Position numbers and translations under genes: made by a program. This document shows, one piece after another, positions 46,604 to 56,800 of a stretch of 64,000 nt of DNA; the stretch's first letter is position 1; the number at the start of each line of letters is the position of its first letter. A model generated the notes under the pieces. The model had not been told where the DNA came from. It ran no database searches and saw only the letters and a program-made list of their open reading frames with translations. This DNA comes from an uncultured Gammaproteobacteria bacterium (lineage in GTDB: Bacteria > Patescibacteriota > Microgenomatia > Levybacterales > UBA12049): NCBI GenBank assembly GCA_964491185.1, contig CAZBFH010000001.1, positions 16,739 through 80,738 of the forward strand. Reading direction: 5' to 3'.

Positions 46604-49096
46604 CTAAAGCTTTATGCGAGGCTTTAAAGTAACTGAATTTATTAAAATCTCAAACGGCCCGTCACCAAAGTCTAATGAGACATTTGTAAAATATTTTTTT
46701 AGATAATCACCACTTCCAGAATAAATTTCCCCTTCCGGTATTTCAGCATTTATTTTTTGATTTGCCAAACTAAATTTAAATGGAAAATATAAGTATTGAT
46801 AGTTCTGAACAGATCCTGTTTTATTCGTTTCCCACGTTAATTTTGCCCAAAAAGTATCAAGTCCGATTTTATGCAAATATTCTAGGTCTTGATGTCCATT
46901 CATAAAATCAAACATATTTACCATATCCTTGAATAATCTACTCCTATCACTATAAAGACCGACTATATCATTTGAAGAAGAATTGATAACTTCGAATTCA
47001 TCAATAGCTACAAAATCTCCTCCTGAAGTTGTATGAATCTCCATTTTTACGTATCTCGCAATAACAGGATCGAAGGAATCAATTTTTTCAAAAACAGTAG
47101 AATTTTTTACATCTATAACTTTTTTCCAATTCTTGTTGTCCCTAGAAACTGAAACTGAATATGTTGCAGGAATTCTCGTAGATTTCTCTAATGATCCCCA
47201 TGACACTGCAGAAATTTCCTTCTCCATTCCCAAATCCACCTGTATCCAAGGCACGAATGAGTCTGCAATCCACATGGATCTCTTACCCGGATTCCCATCA
47301 ATTAAATTTTTAGGCAAAACGTGAAAGAAGGGTTCTCCCTCTCTTTGAGACATTGTGTATGCTGTTTTTACTTTCACAGTTTTAAGATACTCATTTCTCT
47401 GAAGAGAGTAATTTGCTAATGCTCTAAACTTCTGGCTGTCTGGATTTCTTCCAATAACACTCAAAACCTCAAAAGCACTTAAATCCATATCCAAATTATA
47501 TGGCAAATCGACAACTGGACCCTGGAAATTAGAACTCTTGTAAACATTGTCAAATTTATTAATACTGATTTGATAATTTTTTTGGTTTAAGAGTAATTTT
47601 TTTGTTCTTTCAGTTTCATTAATTAATCCATTACTCAAACTGTGATCTAAAAAAACGACATCATTAATATTCACCTTGCCATTTTTTACTTTTGAAAGAA
47701 CCGCAATAAGCTGAGATTCAACTCTAAAAGGCTCATCTTCAAGATTTGAGTACTTTTTATCTTTAATCGTAAACCACTCCAAAAGATAATCTCCTAAAGC
47801 AGGAGCATGCGGATATAAATAAAAAGTAGTATTGTCAGAAAGTTTTGGAAAATATGAATTAAATTTTGTATAAAAACCTTTGGCTGGCTTGTAAAAATCT
47901 ACATACACTTCCCTTTCAATTTTCCATATTAAAATAAGATTAACAACCACAACTACTGCAACGAATAATTTTAATAGCTTTAAATTCGTAAAATAATTGA
48001 TTAAAATTATTCCCAAGAGAACACTGGTTCCTAAGAATGCAAAATACCTATAACGCATTGTGTTGTATTCATATGCTCGCGATAAAACCTCCGGAGTACT
48101 AGGAACAGCAAGTGAAACAAATACTGAGAACAGCCCTAACCAAATTAAGAAAAATAAAAATATTCTAAAATATGCTTTAGATTTTTTCAGTTTTAGCCAA
48201 ATCAATCCAAATAATCCAACGGTCATCCATCCAACAGCTGGAAAAAAGTATTTATTCATTGTTTCGTAATAAACAAACTTCGAACCTTGTTCCCTTAAAT
48301 AGTTCATAAGATCATATGGAATAATTTGCGGTGGAATTAGTTTTCCAATCGTGAGAAATGCAGCCTTAGCATACTCAAAATACAATCCATCACTCATAAA
48401 CCTCATTTGGAGCTTTACATTCCCATCAGCTGTATCTCCCGGAGTACCCCCATATAAGGATCTAATTAAAAAGAATCCCAGGATTATTAACGCGAATGGA
48501 ATTTGTCTTTTTACAATTCCCAAGATTTCTTTTTGTGAAAAAATATTTTTTGTAAAAATGACATCCATTGCAAAAATTAGAGGAATTAATACAATTCCTG
48601 TCTCTCTGACAAAAAATCCCAAAAAAGCTGAAAGAAGAGAAAGAACAAGCATTCTTTTATCATTTTTTTCTTTATATTTAAAAAATGCAGTTAAGCTTAT
48701 AAGTAAACAGATTAGGAGTAATGGATAATAAGAATTAAAGCTTCCCCAAGTGAGAACGTCGTTATAACAAGTGGTGACAGTGAAAATTAACGAGGAAATA
48801 AATGCAAGTTGTCTCTTTTTCGAAATCGTATATATAAATTTATAGAATAGAAGATAGGCAATTACTTGAACAATTAAAGCTGTTAAATACCATCCCCAAG
48901 GATTCCAACCAAATATTTTCCAGTCCAGAAAATATAAAAATCCATGACCTTTGATTAAATTTACTACCGTGTATGGAGCAATACCCGTTAACCACGTAGC
49001 TTCATACGCCTTAAAAAACCAAAAATTTAGTGTTGGGAACCAAGCTAGTACTCCAAGAAACGCAATAATTAAGTAATTCCTTTTATCTGGATTCAT
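46604..49096 (-). CDS. GT-C membrane glycosyltransferase with F5/8 type C (discoidin/CBM32-like) domain
   Basis: Multi-TM N-half (FGWNP.GWY, VRETG, MRYRY); C-half NLIDG..W..WIQVDLG..SRDNKNW..ARYVKM..IDEFEV. Confidence 0.8.
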   Translation of the reverse strand: MNPDKRNYLIIAFLGVLAWFPTLNFWFFKAYEATWLTGIAPYTVVNLIKGHGFLYFLDWKIFGWNPWGWYLTALIVQVIAYLLFYKFIYTISKKRQLAFISSLIFTVTTCYNDVLTWGSFNSYYPLLLICLLISLTAFFKYKEKNDKRMLVLSLLSAFLGFFVRETGIVLIPLIFAMDVIFTKNIFSQKEILGIVKRQIPFALIILGFFLIRSLYGGTPGDTADGNVKLQMRFMSDGLYFEYAKAAFLTIGKLIPPQIIPYDLMNYLREQGSKFVYYETMNKYFFPAVGWMTVGLFGLIWLKLKKSKAYFRIFLFFLIWLGLFSVFVSLAVPSTPEVLSRAYEYNTMRYRYFAFLGTSVLLGIILINYFTNLKLLKLFVAVVVVVNLILIWKIEREVYVDFYKPAKGFYTKFNSYFPKLSDNTTFYLYPHAPALGDYLLEWFTIKDKKYSNLEDEPFRVESQLIAVLSKVKNGKVNINDVVFLDHSLSNGLINETERTKKLLLNQKNYQISINKFDNVYKSSNFQGPVVDLPYNLDMDLSAFEVLSVIGRNPDSQKFRALANYSLQRNEYLKTVKVKTAYTMSQREGEPFFHVLPKNLIDGNPGKRSMWIADSFVPWIQVDLGMEKEISAVSWGSLEKSTRIPATYSVSVSRDNKNWKKVIDVKNSTVFEKIDSFDPVIARYVKMEIHTTSGGDFVAIDEFEVINSSSNDIVGLYSDRSRLFKDMVNMFDFMNGHQDLEYLHKIGLDTFWAKLTWETNKTGSVQNYQYLYFPFKFSLANQKINAEIPEGEIYSGSGDYLKKYFTNVSLDFGDGPFEILINSVTLKPRIKL

Positions 49097-50123
49097 CTTT
49101 ATAATTTTCTAAATTCCCACTACTTAAAAAATAGTAATACTTAATATTAACTTTCCTCGTTAAAATATTTACAAAACTGTCATCATTTACTTTTCTGATA
49201 TTCTTTTGTACTTTCCCTCTTTCCTTTAACATTCTTGAAAAATTGAACATGTTCCAGAATATTGCTTTTTGAATTGCTACCGCATAACCTGGTTTTCCAA
49301 TCAACAGATAGAGAACGGTTGAAACTTCACAAATAATTAAATGCGGAATTAAAATTGAAATAATATTTTTTATTTCAAAATTTTTTAAATATGTGTAAAG
49401 TCTATTTTTAAAAGAATGGTATTGAATAAATGCGCTTGGAAGCTTCTCTGAGGTCTTTCCCCCTTTATGATAAATTATTGGCTTTGTGAGAATTTTAATC
49501 TTGTGGCCATTTAACCAAACTCTATGTGAGAAGTCAGTTTCTTCGAAATAAGCGAAATAGCTTTCGTCGAAAAGTCCAATTTCCTCAACTAGATTTCTCC
49601 TAACTAAAAAGCAGGCTCCATATGCTGTAAAGATTTCATATGACTCTTTATAATTTGAAGGTTTAAATGTTTTCCCGTAATCAAGGTGGTATAAGAATCC
49701 GCTTTTTAAGATAAAACTCCCAACTGAATTAATTTTTTCATGCATTGAAGTATTAGGTCTATGAAAAAGAATAGTCGGCTGAATAACAGCGAGACTTTTG
49801 TCTTTTTCTATAAACTCCACTAATTCATCAAGGAAATTTTTTGTGACAATCGTGTCATTGTTTAGAAATAATATATATTTTCCTCGACAATATTTAAGTC
49901 CAAAATTATTGCCACCAGCAAATCCTAAGTTTTTTTTAGATTTTATTATTTTGACCTTTGGATAATATTTTTCGGTAAATTCTACAGAATTATCTACTGA
50001 GCCGTTGTCCACCATTATGACCTCAAAATTCGAATAGGAAATTTTAAATAATGACTCAAAACAATCTTTCAAATGTTCCTTAGAATTCCAATTTACGATA
50101 AGAATTGATACTAATGGTTTCAT
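49083..50123 (-). CDS. GT2 glycosyltransferase
   Basis: IVNWN, VDNGSVD, NLGFAGGNN, FLNND, GACF, FDESYFAYFEETD. Confidence 0.9.
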   Translation of the reverse strand: MKPLVSILIVNWNSKEHLKDCFESLFKISYSNFEVIMVDNGSVDNSVEFTEKYYPKVKIIKSKKNLGFAGGNNFGLKYCRGKYILFLNNDTIVTKNFLDELVEFIEKDKSLAVIQPTILFHRPNTSMHEKINSVGSFILKSGFLYHLDYGKTFKPSNYKESYEIFTAYGACFLVRRNLVEEIGLFDESYFAYFEETDFSHRVWLNGHKIKILTKPIIYHKGGKTSEKLPSAFIQYHSFKNRLYTYLKNFEIKNIISILIPHLIICEVSTVLYLLIGKPGYAVAIQKAIFWNMFNFSRMLKERGKVQKNIRKVNDDSFVNILTRKVNIKYYYFLSSGNLENYKDESR

Positions 50124-51268
50124 ATCAAATCTCCTTTTTTAAATGCATTGTCTAATGTTTTTTCAATATCGGTATCCTCTGACATTCTCAATGCATTTTC
50201 TCTAAGCGACATATAAAATTTTCTATCCAAAATAAGTTTTTCAATTGCTTGCGCTAGTTCTTTTTTGTCTTTTTTTATGTATATCCCTGCATTATTTGTT
50301 TTAATTTCTTCTGCTGTTCCAATATTTCCTGATATAACAACTGGAAGACCTAGAGCTAAATAGTCTCTCGCTTTCATCGAATCGCTGTAATAAGACCAAG
50401 GAGCATTATCAGTATAAATTGCAATTCCGATCCCTTGCGTAGCTAGAATCTCAAATACTTCTTTATGAGTTTTTAAACCCGCTAAAATTATATTTTTCGA
50501 AAGCTTTCTTAGCTCAATATCTTTTTTTAGATCATTCATTCCTTCACCCTGTCCGATAATAGTGAGTTTTAACTGGGGATGTTTTTTAACTAAAGTCTGC
50601 ATTGCATCAATAATTAATCCAAAATCAAGAGCTTTTGAAATTGTACCAATTGTAATTAGGTTTTGGGAATTTGGACTCTTACTAATTAGCTTTTTAATCT
50701 CTCTTACAGCGGGGGCATTGGGGACTAAGAATAAATTTTCTTTTTTCTTACCCTGAATTATCCGCAAATCAAAAATTCTGGATGAAACCACCCATGCCTG
50801 ATCTGATAATTTTAATGTGATTTTATCGATAAAATGATAAAGATTATTTAACACAGAATTACTAAACCTTTTAGGAGAGTAGTCAACCGTAAATGAAATA
50901 AGCTTATTCACTTTTCCAGTCTTCTTTAAAATTAACCCCCAAAGACTATTTAGAGGATCGATTCCAATGTAAGCCACCTTTTTACTCTCTATATATTTAT
51001 TCACAATTCTAATTGTCTGAATTCCTTCAATAACTCTATTCAATGGCTCAAAAAGACTTATATTGGAATCAATTTCAAACTCCTTAGATTTACCATCTTT
51101 TTTTAAATGAATTAATGTTTTGTCTCCTTTAAAAAGTGAGTGCCTAATGAAGAGATAATCCTCACCTTTTTTATCCAGATAAGAGACAATATTGTGTGCG
51201 GGTCCCGCTACGTCTTTTGTATCAGAGAGGACTGCATGAGTTACTACTATAAATTTATTTTTCATCAC
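50120..51268 (-). CDS. GT4 glycosyltransferase
   Basis: VPNA, IIGQG, SDSMKARDYLALGLPVV; similar to 36879..38033. Confidence 0.82.
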   Translation of the reverse strand: MMKNKFIVVTHAVLSDTKDVAGPAHNIVSYLDKKGEDYLFIRHSLFKGDKTLIHLKKDGKSKEFEIDSNISLFEPLNRVIEGIQTIRIVNKYIESKKVAYIGIDPLNSLWGLILKKTGKVNKLISFTVDYSPKRFSNSVLNNLYHFIDKITLKLSDQAWVVSSRIFDLRIIQGKKKENLFLVPNAPAVREIKKLISKSPNSQNLITIGTISKALDFGLIIDAMQTLVKKHPQLKLTIIGQGEGMNDLKKDIELRKLSKNIILAGLKTHKEVFEILATQGIGIAIYTDNAPWSYYSDSMKARDYLALGLPVVISGNIGTAEEIKTNNAGIYIKKDKKELAQAIEKLILDRKFYMSLRENALRMSEDTDIEKTLDNAFKKGDLI

Positions 51269-52139
51269 TCATTTTCTTTAGCCCTTCGATTATTTTAAGC
51301 GGCTTAATATTTAATTGTTTTTCAATTTTTAATGTGACAAAAGTTGTGTCCTTTGGCCTTGGGACAATATTTTTAAAAAAATCACTCGTTACTGAATTAA
51401 TAAGACTTGTGTCTAATCCAAAAACCTTCGCAGTCATTATGGCAAGATCGTATCTATTTATGGATTCTGCTCCACCCACATTATATGTCTCGTTAATCTT
51501 ATTCTTTTTTATAATTTCCCAAATTACATCTACTGCCTGACCTACATAGAGGTGGTTGTTGTACACATCATTTACTACATTAATTGTATTTTTTTTCTTA
51601 AGCTCTTCGATAACCCATCCAACAGGATTATTTCTTCCTCCTTTTGGCGCCCAGCCATACATTGTCATAAGCCTAATTATGGAATACTGCACTCCACTTT
51701 TTTTTATTATTTCTTCACCTTTCTCCTTAGTATATCCATAATAATCCAGTGGATGAATCTTCGAATCCTCAACATATGGAGGTTTTTTCCCATCAAAAAT
51801 TGCATTAGATGAAGTAAATATTACAAATGATCCGAACTCACTTGATGCATCAACAATATTTCTTGTCCCACCAACATTTATATTTTCCGCCTCATTCTTA
51901 TGAGTCTCACAATAGTCAACGTTCCCAATTGCAGCTGCATGCACAATATAATTTGGTTTTATTTTTCTTACTAAGTCAAACACCTCATCTCTATTTGAAA
52001 CATCAAGTGGATAGAAGTTTTTTTTCTTTAAATTACTATTTCTGTTAAATGTTCCAAAAAGTTCGAAGTCCTTATGAGAAGAGTCAAAAAAATATTTACC
52101 AAGAAGTCCTGTAGCTCCAGTAAATAAAACTTTTTTCAT
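51255..52139 (-). CDS. RmlD-like NDP-4-keto-sugar reductase
   Basis: TGATGLLG, HAAA..NVDYCE, SSNAIFDG, PLDYYGYTK (canonical YxxxK), RP. Confidence 0.83.
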   Translation of the reverse strand: MKKVLFTGATGLLGKYFFDSSHKDFELFGTFNRNSNLKKKNFYPLDVSNRDEVFDLVRKIKPNYIVHAAAIGNVDYCETHKNEAENINVGGTRNIVDASSEFGSFVIFTSSNAIFDGKKPPYVEDSKIHPLDYYGYTKEKGEEIIKKSGVQYSIIRLMTMYGWAPKGGRNNPVGWVIEELKKKNTINVVNDVYNNHLYVGQAVDVIWEIIKKNKINETYNVGGAESINRYDLAIMTAKVFGLDTSLINSVTSDFFKNIVPRPKDTTFVTLKIEKQLNIKPLKIIEGLKKMSDEK

Positions 52140-53324
52140 TTATTTTTTACTCCTGAAGTATTTGTGGAATTTTTTAATCATATAATCTAATTCTTTTTGT
52201 GTTATTCCCATATGGCACCCTATGTAGAACGCATTACTATTAAGTTTTTTTGATACTGGGTACTTATATTCTATATCACCAAATAATTTTTTGTATACTG
52301 GTTGATTTACTAATGGTAGTAAGTATCTTGTCTCTACTAGATTCTTTTCTAAATAATTAACTAAGTCATTTCTGCTGTAGGGATCTTTAACAACAATCGG
52401 ATAGAACATGAAAGCGTGCTCAGTGTCTTTTCTTACTTTTGGTAGTTGTAAATATTCCTGTAAAGATTCCAGACCTTTTGATAAATATGCTGCATTTTTT
52501 TGTCTTTTTTTAATCATTTGCTTGTGTCTCTTTATCTGGCCGTAACCAATCGCTGCTTCAAGCTCAGTTGCTCTATATGAATAACCTATGTGTTCAAACG
52601 AAAATCTCTTGCTTACTATATTGAATAATTTTTTATTGTCTTTTACTTTATCATCGTCCATCGAAAGATATATACTATCTCTTCCATGATTAAATAGGCT
52701 TTTAATTAGAATCGCCAATTCAGGATCATTAGTTGTAGCAAATCCCCCTACTCCAGTTATTAAAATATGGGCAACGTAGGTTGAAAAACATGATACCTCA
52801 CCCCAGGAACCGGCAGGATTACCTTTATATTTTGCAAACATAGTCTCACATGAATCCTCCAGAATCTTAAGCCTATGTTTTTTAGCGATCTTTAGAATTG
52901 GATCCATATCGCAGGGATGCCCACCGATATGCACAGGAATGATAGCTCGAGTTTTTTTTGTTATAACTTTTTCAATTTTCGTAGGATCAATTTCAAAATA
53001 ATCAGGCTCCACATCTACAAACACAGGTTTTAATTTATTTTGAAGAATAATATTAACTGTAGCTACAAATGTTAGGGCAGGAACTATAACCTCGTCGTTA
53101 TCCTTCCAATTGTATTTGATTTTTAAAGCATGAAGTCCTGCTTGAAGAGCACTAGTTCCACTGTTACAGAACATTGCGAATTTCCTATCATGAGCTTTCC
53201 TAAATTCGTACTCGAACTTTTGATGATATTTTCCATATGACAGTCTTTCTTTAGTAAGGGCATCTAAGACATACTTTCTCTCAAGCTTTCCGATGGAGGC
53301 GTCTCCAACGCCAATTTGTCTCAT
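52140..53324 (-). CDS. DegT-fold PLP enzyme with His at the Schiff-base position (ColD-like 3-dehydratase candidate)
   Basis: NSGTSAL, EVIVPALTF, PVFVD, EDSCE, FSTYVAHILITGVGG. Confidence 0.8.
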   Translation of the reverse strand: MRQIGVGDASIGKLERKYVLDALTKERLSYGKYHQKFEYEFRKAHDRKFAMFCNSGTSALQAGLHALKIKYNWKDNDEVIVPALTFVATVNIILQNKLKPVFVDVEPDYFEIDPTKIEKVITKKTRAIIPVHIGGHPCDMDPILKIAKKHRLKILEDSCETMFAKYKGNPAGSWGEVSCFSTYVAHILITGVGGFATTNDPELAILIKSLFNHGRDSIYLSMDDDKVKDNKKLFNIVSKRFSFEHIGYSYRATELEAAIGYGQIKRHKQMIKKRQKNAAYLSKGLESLQEYLQLPKVRKDTEHAFMFYPIVVKDPYSRNDLVNYLEKNLVETRYLLPLVNQPVYKKLFGDIEYKYPVSKKLNSNAFYIGCHMGITQKELDYMIKKFHKYFRSKK

Positions 53325-53334
53325 AATCTTAGGA

Positions 53335-53343
53335 ATTATAACA
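53335..53343 (-). promoter_or_regulatory. Putative extended -10 internal promoter
   Basis: TGTTATAAT, 10 nt before ATG 53324. Confidence 0.55.
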
Positions 53344-53349
53344 TATGTC

Positions 53350-54360
53350 TTATTTTCTATTTAGCGATTTATTTACAACAGCCGCTCCATAAACTAATAG
53401 AAATGCAAAACAAACAAAAGGATGCAAAAACCATGCAATATCCCTGACTTTTAGATATCCCCTAACACTATCCATAAATGGCTTTATGAATGTTGCGGAA
53501 TAAATAACAAATTTAATAAGTCCTACGCGATCTGTCGAACTTACATATACCGCATATCTTCTTTTTTTCAAACTTTCAAAGTATTGTTTTTCCATTATTT
53601 TCCTGCGTCTTGCCATAAATCTTATAAACCAAAGTATTTTGGTTTTTTTGTAATGAATTATGTCATCCTTAACAAAGGCATACGTGTTATACCCCTTTTT
53701 GATTAAGTCATAATTTATATCAATATGGAAAAAATTCTCAGGTCCTTGAACAGTGTGTCTTAAGAGATCTCGTCTAATCATTGCGCCATTTGCCCCTAAT
53801 GTTGGAATTTTGGGTGGAGAAAACTTAACTAAAAAATATTTACCCATGTCTTGGCTTTCACCTAAAAGGTTATAGCTATCAAATGCCCAAGAAAGCCTTG
53901 CATCTTTTCCAAGATAGTATGGAACGGGATCAACTCCTCCAATTAATGCGAAGTATCTATCCAGGATATTATCATTTTTATTGTGATTAAAACGAAGAAC
54001 CTCAACTCCTGTTATCTCGCTGTTCTCAACTAGTGGCGCAACCATATTCTTAAGCCAATTTTTGTGCGGCAAGATATTATCGTGATCAATTAAAAGAATA
54101 ATTTCATTTTTTGCATGTGAAACAGCAACGCCTTTGTTGTACTCAGCTTCTTGTTTTTCCGGTGGAATTTTAAACAATTTATGAGGATAATTTTTTAAAA
54201 TCTCTAAAGTTTTGTCCTTGGATCCACCATCCGCAATTAATAACTCGATCTTTTCTTTGGGATAATCCTGAGAGAAAAGACTATCTAAAGAAAGCTTTAA
54301 GGAAAACTCAGAATTATATGTTGCCATTGCTACTGAAATGGATGGAAGTTTATTTATCAT
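53350..54360 (-). CDS. GT2 glycosyltransferase with C-terminal membrane segments
   Basis: ATYNSE, ADGGSKDKT, IDHDN; clear paralog of 38033..39010. Confidence 0.86.
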   Translation of the reverse strand: MINKLPSISVAMATYNSEFSLKLSLDSLFSQDYPKEKIELLIADGGSKDKTLEILKNYPHKLFKIPPEKQEAEYNKGVAVSHAKNEIILLIDHDNILPHKNWLKNMVAPLVENSEITGVEVLRFNHNKNDNILDRYFALIGGVDPVPYYLGKDARLSWAFDSYNLLGESQDMGKYFLVKFSPPKIPTLGANGAMIRRDLLRHTVQGPENFFHIDINYDLIKKGYNTYAFVKDDIIHYKKTKILWFIRFMARRRKIMEKQYFESLKKRRYAVYVSSTDRVGLIKFVIYSATFIKPFMDSVRGYLKVRDIAWFLHPFVCFAFLLVYGAAVVNKSLNRK

Positions 54361-55469
54361 TGGTTTGCAAATTCTAAAAATTTATCAGTCGTATTTTCCC
54401 AAGTATGTTTTTTTCTCTCATCAATTGCTCCCTTTTGAAGTTTTAAGTACAAATCATCGCTAGTTAAAATTTTCTGGATGTTTTCAGAGAGATTTTCAGG
54501 GTTATTTTGACTACAAATTATTCCATTAATATTTTCCTTAACAATATCCCTAAGTCCAGGAACATTATAAACGACAGCTGGAGTCGCTCTAGCGCCCGCT
54601 TCGTGCACCGTAAGTCCCCATCCTTCTTTTACTGAGGGGGCGATCAATAAATGAGCTCTTGTTAAAAGTTCTTCCTTCTTTTCTTCACTCACAAAGTCTA
54701 AAAATTTAACATTTTCTAAAAGATCTAAATCCTTAACTAATTTTTTAAGCTCATTGACAAAATAATCTTCTCCGCGCCCTATTATCCAAAGTTTGATTTC
54801 TGGAATATTTTCTTTAATCAGTCCTACAGCCTTAATTGCATCTATTACTCCCTTTGTTCTAGAAAGCCGCGAAACAAAAATGATAGTTTTGTCTTTTTCT
54901 TTCCTAGGAAGTGCTGTTACCACATTTGAGTTTGATCCCATCGGAATAACTTTCACCTGTGATTTCGAAAATCCATTCTTTTCAATTTCTATTTTTGAAG
55001 ACTGCGAAATCGTAATAATAGGTATATTTTTATAAAAAATTGGGTAAATTTTTTCAATTATTTTTCCTAAAATATTGAAAGGGAATCCAACAGCAATATT
55101 CCAAAGATCTCCAGCTATTTCACAAATTAAGGCGACTTTTCTCTCCCGAACATAAAGAGTGGTAAAGAAAGGTATTCCATGCACTTCATCAATTACTAAA
55201 TCAACTTTCCCTTGAAAATCTTTTTTATAAAGCTTAAAGGCGAGGAAATGAACTGATTTAAAAAGTCTTCTCGCATCTGGATCACCAGTTCTAATTATCC
55301 TAACGCCATCTATCATCTCCTCTTCTTTTGCATCAGGAAACTTCGCGCTAATTTGCGTTACTGTATGTCCTTTCTTTACGAAACCAGCCGCCAACTCTTG
55401 TGTCAGTATTTCCGCTCCACCTGATAAAGGATTTTTAATATCTCTCCAGTTTAAAATTAATATTTTCAT
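54357..55469 (-). CDS. GT4 glycosyltransferase
   Basis: NWRDIKNPLSGGAE, HGIPFFT, PSVKEGWGLTVHEA, VPGLRD. Confidence 0.9.
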   Translation of the reverse strand: MKILILNWRDIKNPLSGGAEILTQELAAGFVKKGHTVTQISAKFPDAKEEEMIDGVRIIRTGDPDARRLFKSVHFLAFKLYKKDFQGKVDLVIDEVHGIPFFTTLYVRERKVALICEIAGDLWNIAVGFPFNILGKIIEKIYPIFYKNIPIITISQSSKIEIEKNGFSKSQVKVIPMGSNSNVVTALPRKEKDKTIIFVSRLSRTKGVIDAIKAVGLIKENIPEIKLWIIGRGEDYFVNELKKLVKDLDLLENVKFLDFVSEEKKEELLTRAHLLIAPSVKEGWGLTVHEAGARATPAVVYNVPGLRDIVKENINGIICSQNNPENLSENIQKILTSDDLYLKLQKGAIDERKKHTWENTTDKFLEFANQ

Positions 55470-56800
55470 ATATCTGTATAAAGAATTATCGCCAGAAAAC
55501 TTAGCGAAAATATTCCAATTAAAAATAAGTAATTCAAAACAGGGATATAATTCTTAATTTTTTTATTTTGGAAAAATAGAGGCAACAAGCTCAAACTTGA
55601 TAAAAATAGATATGATCTAAAAACAATGAATGAAAATCCGAACATCTTAGTCCATGTTAGTTCTAAAAGTGAAAGTCCTATAAATAAAATAAACATAAAT
55701 GTAAGAAGAATATTTTTATTAAAATAATCTTTTATAAAAACAGCTAATGAAATTGCAAGAAATGGATAGAAGGGATACCTATACCATCCATGCCCTGGTT
55801 CGTTTGGAATTGCAAAAATAAATACCCCAAGATAAGCAAGGAGTCCTAGAACTGGAATTAAATTTTTTCTAAAATCTTTCAATAAAAGCAAGAAAAACGA
55901 TATCCACCCGAAATAAATCCATCCATCGATTAAATGTCTATCTGCCAAAAAGGGATCCTTAAAAATCGCGTACACGCTATTAAAAGTAAGATCGTATCTT
56001 TGAAGCTGCAACTTCCATAGACTAACGAAAAGATTCCAATCGTAATAATATCCATAAGCTAAGTAACCTAAGAAAAATAATAAGACAGTCGAGAATACAA
56101 TTAGACTTTCTTTATATTTTTTAAAATATATTAAAATTGAAATAACTGCTAAGCTCGCGGCTATCCATGGAATTTTTGAAATAATTAGTAATCCACAAAT
56201 AAGAGAAGCGATAATAATAAAAAACTTATTATTGGTTTTTATATACTTAACAGTTAGTAAAAGTGCCGTAAGAAAACCTGGAATAAAAAAATTCTCATTT
56301 TGAACAAGCCTTGAACCAATTGCAACAGTTGGAATTACTGCATAAATTAAACTTGTTAAAAGGGCAGTTTCTCGATCATAAACTTCTTTTACTAAAAGAA
56401 AAAGCACTCCAATCGAAATCACACCAAGAATGATTGCAAGTGGACGAATCCTCCCAACGTCAATGTCATACATGTTATCTGCTCCATTTAAAATAGCGAA
56501 TGATCCAGCAACAATTCCAAAAAAAGGTGGATGCTCTAGATAAGGATTAACTATCCAGAACGCGGCTCCTTTATAAATAAGGTGATCTCTCTCAGAATTA
56601 ATATATTGTGGATGAGATGACCAAGATTTCGGTACTCCTTCTTGAAAAAGATTTACTCCAAGCCATGTCCAAGCAAACTCATCCATTGTTGCGCCAAATC
56701 TAGGTGCAGTTTGATAATGATGGAACCTTAAAACAAATCCTATTAGAAGAATGGGAATTAAAATAATGAGAGTTTTACTCTTAAAAAGACTTACAATCAT
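55466..56800 (-). CDS. GT-C membrane glycosyltransferase (PMT_2/ArnT-like)
   Basis: FVLRF, TMDEFAW, LEHPPFF, SRLVQNEN, GWYRYPF; about 12 TMs. Confidence 0.82.
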   Translation of the reverse strand: MIVSLFKSKTLIILIPILLIGFVLRFHHYQTAPRFGATMDEFAWTWLGVNLFQEGVPKSWSSHPQYINSERDHLIYKGAAFWIVNPYLEHPPFFGIVAGSFAILNGADNMYDIDVGRIRPLAIILGVISIGVLFLLVKEVYDRETALLTSLIYAVIPTVAIGSRLVQNENFFIPGFLTALLLTVKYIKTNNKFFIIIASLICGLLIISKIPWIAASLAVISILIYFKKYKESLIVFSTVLLFFLGYLAYGYYYDWNLFVSLWKLQLQRYDLTFNSVYAIFKDPFLADRHLIDGWIYFGWISFFLLLLKDFRKNLIPVLGLLAYLGVFIFAIPNEPGHGWYRYPFYPFLAISLAVFIKDYFNKNILLTFMFILFIGLSLLELTWTKMFGFSFIVFRSYLFLSSLSLLPLFFQNKKIKNYIPVLNYLFLIGIFSLSFLAIILYTDI

